Shown here: one piece after another, positions 38,318 through 50,175 of the stretch
Layout of the letters: each line of letters opens with the position of its first letter
Position numbering within the stretch: the stretch's first letter is position 1
Assembly: GCF_006345805.1 (NCBI RefSeq)
Contig: NC_043002.1
Coordinates: 86,986,001-87,050,000, forward strand
Origin: Octopus sinensis
Taxonomy: Eukaryota
Direction: 5' to 3'
DNA: 64,000 nucleotides
Made by a program: the position numbers and the translations under genes
The notes under the pieces: model-generated
What the model saw: the letters and a program-made list of their open reading frames with translations, nothing else
The model's database searches: none
What the model was told of the DNA's origin: nothing

Positions 38318-38745
38318 GTAACAGGATGAGAGATTCCCGCACTGGATGGGTGCTGCTCGCGTCCTTTACATTAAATATTAATTGAAGAAAGAGTCAAAAT
38401 TTTCCGTTAACTTCAACAGTATAAATATTTGTTCTTTGATTTGCAATATAAACATTTCAATCCTCTGGGCGAATCGGCAACCTAGGAGCCTATCGGCAGT
38501 AGTCAAGTGGAGTGAGTCTATCCTGCCCGTTGAAGCATAGCGGGGATGCCCCACGAGGTAGCAGCTCGAGAGAGCTGCTGGAGACACGTCTGTATCGTTC
38601 AGTTGCTAGCGTCAGAGAGATATGCAAGAGAATTTCGCTCCTGCTAGTTTTCTGCGCATGCGTATGATGGAACTTTCGGCAGGCTTTCCGGAAGATTCCA
38701 ACCCTGCGCATGCGTGCTGGAGATTTCCAAGATGACGTCATTATA
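38318..38745. promoter_or_regulatory. GC/CpG-rich island with promoter-type motifs (alternatively a solo LTR)
   Basis: TGCGCATGCG at 38653-38662 and 38705-38714 (NRF1-type), TTCCGGAAG at 38686-38694 (ETS/STAT-type), TGACGTCA at 38733-38740 (CRE). Confidence 0.35.
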
Positions 38746-39419
38746 GATTAATACATACAAAGTATCCCATTTATGTATTAACATGAACGTTTTGATCATT
38801 TTAAAAGTATATAAACAATGATGAAGAAAGTTACGAATAATTGAACTTCTTTTGTTGAACGATTGTTATCTAAGATATGCACGGCAATATTTAGTATAAT
38901 TAAAACATAAAACGGAAAAATGAACGACATTGTCTTAAACGGATACAAAGTTATATACTTTGAAGGCAAGTTAAATTTGGTTTATAGAAGTCGGATCTAT
39001 TCAATTTGACGGCCAAAGTTTTAATTAATTTTTTAAACTAAACACTTTGAAAATTCAGGTGCTGGTAGAATATGTCCGAAAAGTTTAGTTCGCTTCACAA
39101 CTAGGTGATTTTGGGTTCGATTCCCACATTGGGCATGTCGCTTTCTATATCACTGAATTGCAGTGGGATTATGTAATTCAAAATTTACAACTTTTGCTCA
39201 CACTGCCTGAAAATTACGTTAAGTGTACATATCTCAATGGAATGACCAGACACTTACACATCCAAGAGCAAGTAATTCCGTTAATCGAACAACTGAATCC
39301 TCATCGCTGAACGACTGAGATCCATTACTGTATATATACGTTTGCGTTCGCATGTACGTGTGTGTATTCCTTTTTTTTCTCTCCTTTTTTCTCTCTTTGT
39401 TTTTTTTTTCTGGATATCA

Positions 39420-39545
39420 TTCTATCGAAGAGCGTAGGCTCGAAACGTAAAAGACTTTTTCTATTCTTGATCGCAATACTAATACATTTGTTTGTTTGTA
39501 CTCAACCTGCGTTCGTCTTTTGTTTATTTTCGTAAACTTTCCCTT
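39420..39545 (+). mobile_element. Penelope-like pseudo-LTR remnant with a degenerate hammerhead-like motif
   Basis: GAGC-GTAG-GCTC stem followed by GAAACG; the CUGAnGA core is mutated. Abuts (TA)n. Confidence 0.4.
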
Positions 39546-39717
39546 TATATATATATATATAATATATATATATATTATATATATATATATATATACATAT
39601 ATACATATATATATATATATATGCACATATATACACACATACATATATATACATACATATATATAAATAAATATATGCACATACGTACATACATACATAC
39701 ATACATACATACATACA

Positions 39718-39748
<31 letters not shown>

Positions 39749-39763
39749 GTATATATATATATA

Positions 39764-40258
39764 CAAGGTGCGGTGAATAAACTCTCATCTAAATTATGCA
39801 AAAATGAAAATAACATTGACATCTCATTTTAACAGATATATTTACCAAAATTACATTAAAATATCTTGAAATACTAAAGAGTAAATTTATTCAATAAAAT
39901 CGCCATTGGCTTCAAACACGGCTTCCAGACGACTTCAGAATCTCCTGCACTTCTTCTGGACAGTCTCCATATTTAAGTTGGTGACTTATCCCACTCTTTC
40001 CGAATCCGCTGCACTGTCCTCAGATTGACACCCAAACACTCTGAAATGTTAGTACTGGAGCTTCCGATGCGAATACCAAGCAGTATAGCATGTCGTTTCC
40101 AAATTTCCGGCAGAGTGAATAGGCGTCATGGTGCTGTTTTTCTCACAGACGGTGCCCAACTGACCCTACTATATAGTATAGTCGACAAAATCAAAAACAA
40201 ACAATGCGCATGCTCGAAATTTAAAATATGAAATAAAGACAATTTCACCATCGCACCA
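39764..40258 (-). mobile_element. Internally deleted Tc1/mariner-superfamily transposon
   Basis: Imperfect TIRs (CAAGGTGCGGTG ... CACCATCGCACC) in TA context. Minus strand keeps an N-terminal HTH (RHAILLGIRIGSSSTNISECLGVNLRTVQRIRKE) fused to the C-terminus (CRRF*SRLEAVFEANGDFIE). Confidence 0.75.
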
Positions 40259-40315
40259 TATACATATATATATAATATATAATATATACATATATATTAT
40301 ATATATATATATACA

Positions 40316-40354
<39 letters not shown>

Positions 40355-40376
40355 CATACATATATATACGTACATA

Positions 40377-40408
<32 letters not shown>

Positions 40409-40525
40409 CGTACATATATATATACATACATATACATATATATATATATATATATAATATATATATATAATATATATATATATATATACATACATATATA
40501 TATATACATATATTATATATATATG

Positions 40526-40572
<47 letters not shown>

Positions 40573-40576
40573 TATA

Positions 40577-40659
<83 letters not shown>

Positions 40660-40786
40660 GGAGTAAACACATAAATGTGAAACAAGGTGGAAAAAAGAGT
40701 ACTCAAATACCCAAAACTGTCCGATGAACGGCAACGTGAAACTCAGAGTAACAGGTTTTGTTGAATTTTTTGCTGCTTTAAATAAA

Positions 40787-40863
<77 letters not shown>

Positions 40864-40886
40864 TACATATATATATATATACATAC

Positions 40887-40919
<33 letters not shown>

Positions 40920-40980
40920 ATATATTATATATATATATATATATATTAAATATATATATAATATAATATATATATATATA
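40250..40980. repeat. (AT)n microsatellite field
   Basis: Read directly; interrupted by 40657-40790. Confidence 0.95.
40717..40754 (+). ncRNA. Minimal type I hammerhead ribozyme motif (U4C variant) in a Penelope-type pseudo-LTR
   Basis: CTGT-CCGATGA-ACG(GCAA)CGT-GAAAC-TCAGA-GTA-ACAG: stems I, II and III pair, GUA triplet. Confidence 0.6.
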
Positions 40981-41011
40981 CGCGAGAAAGAAGCAACAAG
41001 AATGGATAGGT

Positions 41012-41102
41012 TTTTAGTACAATCGTTTCATACAAGGACAGGCTTTATTAAAAGTTGTAAAAATTACAGCATATAAACGTGTCCCGTACTCATCAGCTAA
41101 AA
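41012..41102 (-). ncRNA. Type I hammerhead ribozyme in the left pseudo-LTR
   Basis: Mirror image of 44901-44991 with the same core. Confidence 0.75.
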
Positions 41103-44100
41103 TACATGTGAGTTCTCTAGACATCCTAGTGGTTGAGGTTATACTCATGAAGTAATGTAGATAATTAAGTAACATAAACAGATTTCCAAAGTTCATTAAA
41201 GTTCTTTAAAGATGATGTACAGTCTTATCACAGAATTTTAAAAAAGTTCTAATAGCATCACAGAGAAGGTGACCTAATCCATAGAGCATATATGAATTTC
41301 CAGAGATATGATGAGGGATTACATACTCACAGAAGACAAATTTATCCATTGTTAATCACAACGAGGTGGGTCTCGATTCCTGCTTATTAGCATTACAGAG
41401 AGGGTGAATTAATCCTTTGTATAGATGCACAATTTCCAATGGTGTAGATGTAAGTTTCCAGAGAAATGAAGAGGAATTTCATATTCACAGGCGATAAATT
41501 TATCAATGGTTGAACACAATGAGGTAGGTATCAATTCATGTTATATGATTAGGTATTTGCCACATTAATCACATTACTGCTATTTACAAGAGGCTGTAGC
41601 TATTTAACTTATAAAGGCTGAAGGGCTTTCTAGAGAGGCCAAGAATAGAAAGGGAAGGGAATAGAAGAAAAGAGAGAAAATAAGGGAGGAGGGAGCAAAA
41701 AAAGGGGGGGGGAAGGGGACTAAAAGAGAAGAGAAAAGGAAAGAGAGAATAAGAAGAAGAAACAGAAAAAAGAGAAAAGAGAAAGAAATAGGGAAAGAAG
41801 GGAAAAAAATAAAAATAAAAAAGAGGGTTCTAGTTATCCAGAAGAATTAGTAGACGGCAAGTCTGGTTTTAATTTACAGGCATCTAGGAACTAGAGGAGA
41901 ATATTATTCTTTGGCCAGTAAAACAGTTAATTTATTGCTGTTGAAATCAGCTATGAATTTAAAGAGAATCTAAAGAGATAACACAGTCAGGGGTTTAGGG
42001 GTCAGATGCTAAAATCAAAAGAAAATACATTAGGAAAATCTAAGTATAATCTTATCAAAAAGTCAATAAAACTTACTTATTTAATTTATTCATTTTATTG
42101 TCTTAAGGAGTTGCCGTTATTATTCATACATTGACGGACTACAGGTCAAATCTTAGAAGATCATTTACACGGTGTTAGGGGATTGTCTATCATAATGAAG
42201 ATAATCATATTATCACCGAGGGGGTAGCCTTATTTATTTAAAATAGAATTATGGGGCTATAGTATCTCATTTTATTTTATTAGAGTTATGCTACTTAAAT
42301 TAGATTAAGTTAGGAATTAAAATTAAAAATTACAATTAAGATTTAAAATTAAGAATTTAAAAGATTATGAGTTTGAAATTAGATAAAGCCTCAATTAAGC
42401 AGCGTATAAGTACTATTCATTTCCCTGTTCTCAAAAAACTGATGCAGATATAAGGAAAAAGATAACTGTAGTGTGAGAACTCTTAGTTATCTACTTAAAG
42501 CAGTGCTATACTAGTAGAAATCAAGTTATATCTATCTATCTAGTTACGGATATTCTAATCATTTAAAATATTTTAAAGTCTTCAATTTAGCGTGGACACA
42601 AACTTGACCCAGTTCGATATGATTATTCAATAAGTTTCTATGTTTTCTATGCTTTAGAATTTCATACGTCTCCATGGAGCATAGTTGGCAACCAACCCTA
42701 CTATTTTTATACGGAATTGCTCTCCTAACTATTTCCCAATTAAGGTTATAATTTTTATTATTATTTTTGAGTTCCCAGATTTTGTTGAAAGTGTGGTGGT
42801 ACCAGCTTTATGACGTAAGTTAAAAGACGAGATGTGATTTCTAACTCTGGCTAGAAAATTAATTGTACATCCAACGTAAAGATATTTGTTATTCTCCGTG
42901 GATATGGTACATTTATAGATTACATTATTTTCCCCACATAGAGCAGGTGCCGGGCATTTTGATTTTATTCTACACTTACACACAGGAGGAGCAACTTCAG
43001 GCTTTGGATTTTTCTTGGGTAGATGTCTTAGGTTCCTATTATTTTGATTATCATTTCTATAGTTGGTGCTGATATCTAAAGTATTGCTATTATTTATTGA
43101 TCCTTCAGCTTCATCATTTAGGTTTAAAGTCCTACCATGATTTCTTATATTATTGGTAATGTTACTATTATTGTTAGTCTTTTTTTCCGACTGCATATTG
43201 CTGTTATAATATCACTGATATTTTCATTCTCCTTATTTTCTCCATTAGCCTTATATCTATTATTTCTATTATTAACATTATTACTTCTATTAATATCGGC
43301 ATTGTTATTATTACTATTAATGTTAATGTTATTAGTCATTCTGTGGTTACTAATTTCACCTATGTTTTGATAGTTACTATTGTTGTTTTTATTGTTGGTA
43401 GTATTATTATAATTGCTATTGGTATTCATGCTGATATTATTATTTTTATTTCTATCTTTCTGGCTAGTTTAATGTTTTTATTATTAATCTTAGCTATTAA
43501 AGTGGACATTTGGAGGGTTGAATAAGAAATCCTAACTGTTTTCCTAGATATAATTCTATGATATCTATGAGAGATAGGGAAATTTTTTTCCAGAATTACT
43601 TTGAATTTGTTCTGTATATCCGATTGTATCGCACAGTTGAAAGGGATATTCAGCCATAATATATCTTTTTTATTAAATTTAGGGTTCGTAGAATTACTAC
43701 TATTCATCTCACCAGAGTTATTGTATTATTACCATTATTTTAATTTTTATTTGTGTGCATCTTAGGTTTATTTACTTCAATATTATCCGAGTTACCTATG
43801 TTCTGGTCAATGCTTCTATTTGAATTGTTGGGCCTGTGCGCTAGATTAGCGTTTACCATTAATTTAATTCTACTTTTATTTCGGGCTTGGTCTGTATTGC
43901 TGCTTACGTGATTACTGATAACTTCATTATTAGGAATACGTGAGTTCCCCTTATCAACGAATGTAATCCTTTGGTTGTATCCAGCCCTAGTTAACGCCTC
44001 ATTATAATGCTCAGAATGGGGGTTAAATATATCCTTATTGGATGATAATTTTGAAATTCTTAATGAAATATTTCTTACTAAAGATTCTATTATATTTGGG

Positions 44101-44900
44101 GGATGATTTGATAATTTATTTACATAATTCGTGATTTCGCCTTCCTTTCTAAATGGGTATTGTAGCTTGGAGTTAAGGTCTAGCGTAATATCTAGGAAGT
44201 TAACTATTTTAGTGCCCGGTTCATACGTTATACTGAGGTTGAAATCCTTAAAGAACTTATTAATTTTCTTTCTAATCCTTTCTATAACAGATTTATTATT
44301 ACTAGGGATAACAAACAGAGCATCATCCCTATATAGACCCCCCTGTATTTCTGGTATATCCTTGCTTATGCATTTTAATAGATATGCGCCCACTAGGTTG
44401 GTTACCTCAGCCGAATCACTGGAACCCATTGGTATATCAAAAAAATTAGGTGTATCTGCTCTAGTCCATAATTTATCTTCAAATTCTATAAATGTCTTCC
44501 TAGCTAGTAGCACAATATTGATTTCTTCTCTAGATATGAGGGAGCGATTCATGGCAAATATTAGCAGCAATACAGACCAAGCCCGAAGGATTAATTCACC
44601 CTCTCTGTAATGCTAATAAGCAGGAATCGAGACCCACCTCGTTGTGATTAACAATGGATAAATTTGACTTCCGTGAGTATGTAATCCCTCATCATATCTC
44701 TGGAAATTCATATATGCTCTATGGATTAGGTCACCTTCTCTGTGATGCTATTAGAACTTTTTTAAAATTCTGTGATAAGACTGTACATCATCTTTAAAGA
44801 ACTTTAATGAACTTTGGAAATCTGTTTATGTTACTTAATTATCTACATTACTTCATGAGTATAACCTCAACCACTAGGATGTCTAGAGAACTCACATGTA

Positions 44901-44991
44901 TTTTAGCTGATGAGTACGGGACACGTTTATATGCTGTAATTTTTACAACTTTTAATAAAGCCTGTCCTTGTATGAAACGATTGTACTAAAA
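44901..44991 (+). ncRNA. Type I hammerhead ribozyme in the right, inverted pseudo-LTR
   Basis: Stem I TTTTAG/CTAAAA; core CTGATGA (44907-44913); extended stem II GTACGGGACA/TGTCCTTGTAT; GAAAC-GATT-GTA. Predicted cleavage after 44985. Confidence 0.75.
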
Positions 44992-45173
44992 ACCTATCCA
45001 TTCTTGTTGCTTCTTTCTCGCTTATAATCACCCCACATTACTGTATTGTTAAAACAGTATAGTTTTTTTTGGTGCATCTAAGTTAGGTACCATATTCAAG
45101 TAAATTCATTTAAATTAACTTGAATCTTTATTGCTTTTTGTATATATATATATATATATATATATACATACAC

Positions 45174-45411
<238 letters not shown>

Positions 45412-45480
45412 TCCCTTTTTAACGGCGGTGCATCAGCACGGCCGCAACTCTGAGCTGAAACGAGAAATATATATATATAT

Positions 45481-45612
45481 ACTCTTTTGCTTGTTTCAGT
45501 CATGTGACTGTCACCATACTGGAGCACCGCCTTTAGTCGAGCAAATCGACCCCAGGACTTATTCTTTGTAAGTCTAGTACTTACTCTATCGGTCTTTTTT
45601 GCCGAAACGGTT
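45481..45612 (-). mobile_element. SINE family A, 3' fragment
   Basis: Tail and the GATTTGCTCGACTAAAGGCGGTGCTCC segment only. Confidence 0.8.
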
Positions 45613-45819
45613 AAGCTGCTTTCTCGTATAAAAGCAAAGCCAATCCTAGAAAGAATCACTGAAATGAGTCATTGTTGATGCAATGTGAGATTCTTCTATG
45701 ACGCTTGAGCCCGATCAAAGATTTGCACATTCTATTGCCTAGTGCACAGCTGTGCTGGTTAGCAGAAGGAACAGGTTGGGCTCGGTTGTGCAGTCAAAGC
45801 ACGTGATAAAAATGAGACT

Positions 45820-45841
45820 ACTGAATGATGATGATGATAAC

Positions 45842-45912
<71 letters not shown>
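45820..45912. repeat. (GAT)/(AAT)n microsatellite
   Basis: Read directly. Confidence 0.95.
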
Positions 45913-45916
<4 letters not shown>

Positions 45917-46516
45917 TACGCTTTTCGCAAATAATTTTATAAACGTTAAGTTCTAAGTTTTTGGTTTTGGAAATTTTCATTTCTTATTTTTTATTTCATA
46001 AATATTTTCGGAATATCTATAATATTTATTTAAGTAATAATGGAGTAATATATTTATCTATATGTTTATTAATAGGAAAAATATGTATTTCTAATTGATA
46101 TATTTGTTGGTTATAATTTAGATACGTACTTTTATATAATTTTATAATTTTATTATTTTATAATTATTATATGTGAACTAAAATCTAAAAATATTACGTG
46201 TGATTGTTTTGTAAAATAGTTTGGTAATTAAATATCAGAGTATAACTAGGTTAAAGATATTCTATAGTTTATTAATGTTTTTTTATTAAAGCTAAAGTAT
46301 ATCTTCACAGATAAATACATTTTTCTATCTATTTACTCTATATTTTTACCTTAAATATTTAACATGATAAATGTATTGTAGGCAACTAGTCCTAATGTTT
46401 TAAGTTTCAAATTTAGCTAATGGAGTTGCTTCTATAAGAAGCATGATTTTATTTCTTTAAGAAATATTGTTTAATTCTATTTGCTTATTTATTTAACTAT
46501 TTTTGTTATTATTGTT

Positions 46517-46616
46517 GACCTGACGAGTGACTATAATTTTCAATTGAATTTTTTCGATTAAATTAAAATTTAATTGTAATTCGAATTGAGATTATAGCCA
46601 TGAAACGTACGTGGTC
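46517..46616 (+). ncRNA. Type I hammerhead-like motif with long AT-rich stem II and a non-canonical GUG triplet
   Basis: GAC-CTGACGA-GTGACTATAAT...ATTATAGCCAT-GAAAC-GTAC-GT-G-GTC at the end of a very AT-rich block (about 45920-46750). Confidence 0.6.
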
Positions 46617-46746
46617 CTTTTACTTATTATATATTGTTTATTCATTTTTGTACTTTTTGTGATCTAGTTATATGTTATAAAATATATTTTATTTTTTATT
46701 TATGATTTGGTTTATGTCTATCATTGTTTGAATTGCATAATAGTGG

Positions 46747-46818
<72 letters not shown>

Positions 46819-46840
46819 CATACATACATACATATTGTTT

Positions 46841-47122
46841 ACTCTTTTACTCGTTTCAGGCATGCGGCTGCGGTCATGCTAGAGTACCAACGTGCTCTTT
46901 CTGATTTCTTCAATCTGGGGTGTTTCACATCACCACTCCTGTATGTGCCTTTGTCCCAGCTGTTGGTCCATTTGGTGTATAAGGGAGTTTAATTCCGTTG
47001 CCCTCGTCTGCACCTCGTGTCGTGCTGTTGGTTCATCCGGTTTTGTGGAGAGGAAGATGCCTAGTTCCGTTTTGAAGACATTTACTTCCACCTTATGCAG
47101 ATTTCTTAATTTTTGTGACAGG
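46841..47122 (-). mobile_element. 3' end of a CR1/L2-group LINE (clade assignment tentative)
   Basis: LSQKLRNLHKVEVNVFKTELGIFLSTKPDEP...RATELNSLIHQ C-terminus, then the tail GGTACTCTAGCATGACCGCAGCC...CTGAAACGAGTAAAAGAG shared with the SINEs. Confidence 0.7.
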
Positions 47123-47124
47123 AC

Positions 47125-47195
<71 letters not shown>

Positions 47196-47329
47196 GTCTC
47201 TTTCTCTGCCTCTCTGTATCTATATCTATTATTCTGACTGTCCGTCTCTTGGTCCGTGTGTACACCCCCACACATTATACATATATGCACACATACATAA
47301 TACATACATAAATACATACATACAAGTTT

Positions 47330-48500
47330 GCAAACATGAGGCTGATAATACCATGAAACTTGATAAGCAGCTCCTTGAGTAGCATTCGTCGTCTGATAAC
47401 CTTAAATACACGCTCGAAGAAGTTGCACGTCTCTACCACAACGTATCTTCAGATGAAAGAAGGAGCGCATGTCAGCAGAAGACCAAGCATGGATATGTTA
47501 GCAGTAAGTTCCAGGATGGTAGTAACATCGATAATCAAAGCAGTCTATCATGGAACAACAACTGGATTACTACCTCCCACTTTCAAGGGTATGCGTTTGC
47601 AATCCAGGAACAGGAAATATCAACCAAATACCTAATGCACAAAAGGGACAGTGATGCAGTTAAAACACCAAAATATGATAACCGATGCAGACTTTGTGGA
47701 GTCAATACTGAAAATATCACTCATATCATAAGCGGTTGTCCGAAAATGTCATCACAGTATTATCTACTGATGAGACACGATGCTGTAGCTAAGACACTGT
47801 ATAATGAAATCCCTCGGAAGGTTAACCCCGTGGCCTACGAGATAAGAACCCACATTAAGGAAGAAACCATAGCTACTCATAATATTAAGTACTAGTGGAG
47901 TGTCCCAGTGAAAATTCCAATAAAATAGAAACACAATAAACCTGACATACTAATTTGGGATAAAGAAGAGAAACTGTGTACAGTTGTGGAAATCAGCTGC
48001 CCTGCGAATGTTAACATAATGCTGAAGATCAGCGAGAAAGAAAATACCTACGCTGAACTATTGAGAATTGTACTGTTACTCTATCCAGATTACAAGTTCA
48101 GGTTTATACCAGTAATTATAGGCGCACTGGGATATGTAACACACTGCCTAAATACCAATCTTGAGAAATATGGCTTCTCAAAAACAGAAAGAAGAAAGCT
48201 CATTCGAAGACTACAGATCCAAGTTATCACTGGAACTGAAAGAATCGGTAAAACTTTCCAGAAGTTTATCATTTGAGTGTAGATACGCAAGTCTTGACAT
48301 GCGAAAATATGCGTGAGAATACATATATATAAAACAAAACATACAAATCTGCATGTGCACTGACTCCAAATAATGCACATATACACACATACATGCAAAA
48401 AATACCCTGCTGATGTTGTTGAAATTCCAGTGAAGGAGCTTTGGATCTAGGTTAGAAACTGGTTCTTTCTCTATTAGCAAGAAATCTTGAAATAATACTG
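47330..48500 (+). mobile_element. 3' part of an R4/Dong-type (restriction-like endonuclease) non-LTR retrotransposon, degraded
   Basis: AIQEQEISTKYL...CRLCGVNTENITHIISGC...RHDAVAK (CCHC motif), then KPDILIWDK...VEISCP...K...Y..L...PVIIGALG. Confidence 0.85.
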
Positions 48501-50099
48501 AATGACATTCATACTCATATGCATACATACTTACCTACCTACCCACCTATCTACCTACCTACCTATCTACCTACCTACCTACCTACCTACCTACATACAT
48601 ACATACATACATACATACATACATGCGTACGTACATACATACATATGTGTGGGCACATGTGTGCGAGTGGGCGCGCGAGATCGGTAAGGATGTAAACGTC
48701 GACGAGGAAACCGAAGTCCTTTGTAATATTTGTTCTACACCAAGTGGCAGACACTCTCTTGCCACTCTCCTGCCATCAGAAATACAGTGATCACATTGGA
48801 AACCCGTAACCCAACGACGCCATTGCTCTCCAATCGAGATATAAAATAAAAATACGTTGTTATTACTAGAGAGCTCTGTGAGTTGTCTTCTCGTGGCTAC
48901 CTTTACACATCTCTTATATCCACGAACTGACATTATAATATAGAAAGTATTTTTGATGTAGTACCTCTATTACATTTTTGTGTCCATTTGCCAAAATAGT
49001 TATAACAACCCTCATGAATCTCTTAGCTAACACATCTCCATTCTCTATACGTAATTTATCTCCTCACCCATTCTCTTTCTCTGACGGTCTCTCTCTCTCT
49101 CTCTTTCCAGCTCTCTCTCATGTGTGTGTGTAGTTATAAGTATGTGTTTATCTACCCGTTATTGTAGTTATATTTTAATTTTTCTTTTTTTCTTCGTTTC
49201 TTTAACTTTTATTTGCTTCGTTTTCTTTGTTTTTTCCTCTCCTCCCCACCGTCTTATCTTTTCGATCTTAATTCTCTTCTCATTCGCTGACACTATTCCA
49301 TACCATATAAATCCTCCTCTTTTTTCCCCCTCACTTATCCACGCTTCACTTTCTTAGTACTTCTTCCATTGTAAGATGCAAGAAAATGTATTGACGTAAT
49401 ATATATTCCAGATAAGAATCTACATTTCGGGAGCCGTATGAAACTTAGAAAACAAACTACAAACTGAAAATACTGTTATTCCGCGTACTAGTCCCAAGTT
49501 ATTGGCAATTTTCTTTTTGGCTTGGCTCAAAACCGTACATTTTAAAGATAGAAATAATGGGATTTGTGACTCCTATTCCCTGCCAAAGATTATTAGTGGA
49601 ATGAATGAATGAATGAATGAATGAATGAAAAAGTGAATGACTGAAATAATGAAATGAATTTACAATATATAGAAAATTGAAATAGAATTTCACACAAAAC
49701 TGAAATAAATTTGTACAGCGTTATAGCCTTGGCTTTTGTTCTGTTGGCATTATCAATGAGAGAGGGAAGTGTCGATGTCATTCGTAAACCTTCTCCGGAT
49801 TAGAATTCAGGACGTAAAATGCCGAAACTAAAACACAGCAAGTATTTTGTCCCGTGTTTTCTATTGCAGTGATTACTAAGTTATCGCTCAATCTCATCAA
49901 ATTTAATCTTCCTTTCGTTCAGTAGAACTTGTATAGATCGTGGTTTTTAGGTACATATTAGTTACAGAGGGTTGCATTTCTGAGATGTAATTATAGAACA
50001 AAGAGCGAAAAAGTTGTGTTTAGAGGAATCTAGGTGAAAAAGAAAAAGTAAAGGGAAAACTTCAATAAATGACTGAATATATGCGTTCGCGTGCGAGCA

Positions 50100-50146
<47 letters not shown>

Positions 50147-50175
50147 TATATATAATATATATATATATAATATAT

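Larger units (their letters stand above)
40982..45021 (-). mobile_element. Penelope/Poseidon-like retroelement, 5'-truncated, with 436-bp inverted pseudo-LTRs
   Basis: RT (IPMGS...GLYRDDAL...VNFLDITLDL) in ORF 43740-44570; linker (ILWLNIPFN...VRISYST) in 43426-43707; GIY-YIG (CKC...CP...C...VIYKC...YVGCT...RVRNH) in 42729-43000. Ends 40982-41417 and 44586-45021 are reverse complements. Confidence 0.9.

Noticed and set aside
45920-46500. Possible mitochondrial insertion (NUMT)
   Set aside because: AT-rich, but I found no recognisable mitochondrial gene, rRNA or tRNA motif.
48691-48931. Possible solo LTR (TG...AATAAA...CA)
   Set aside because: No TSD for either candidate start; too weak to call.
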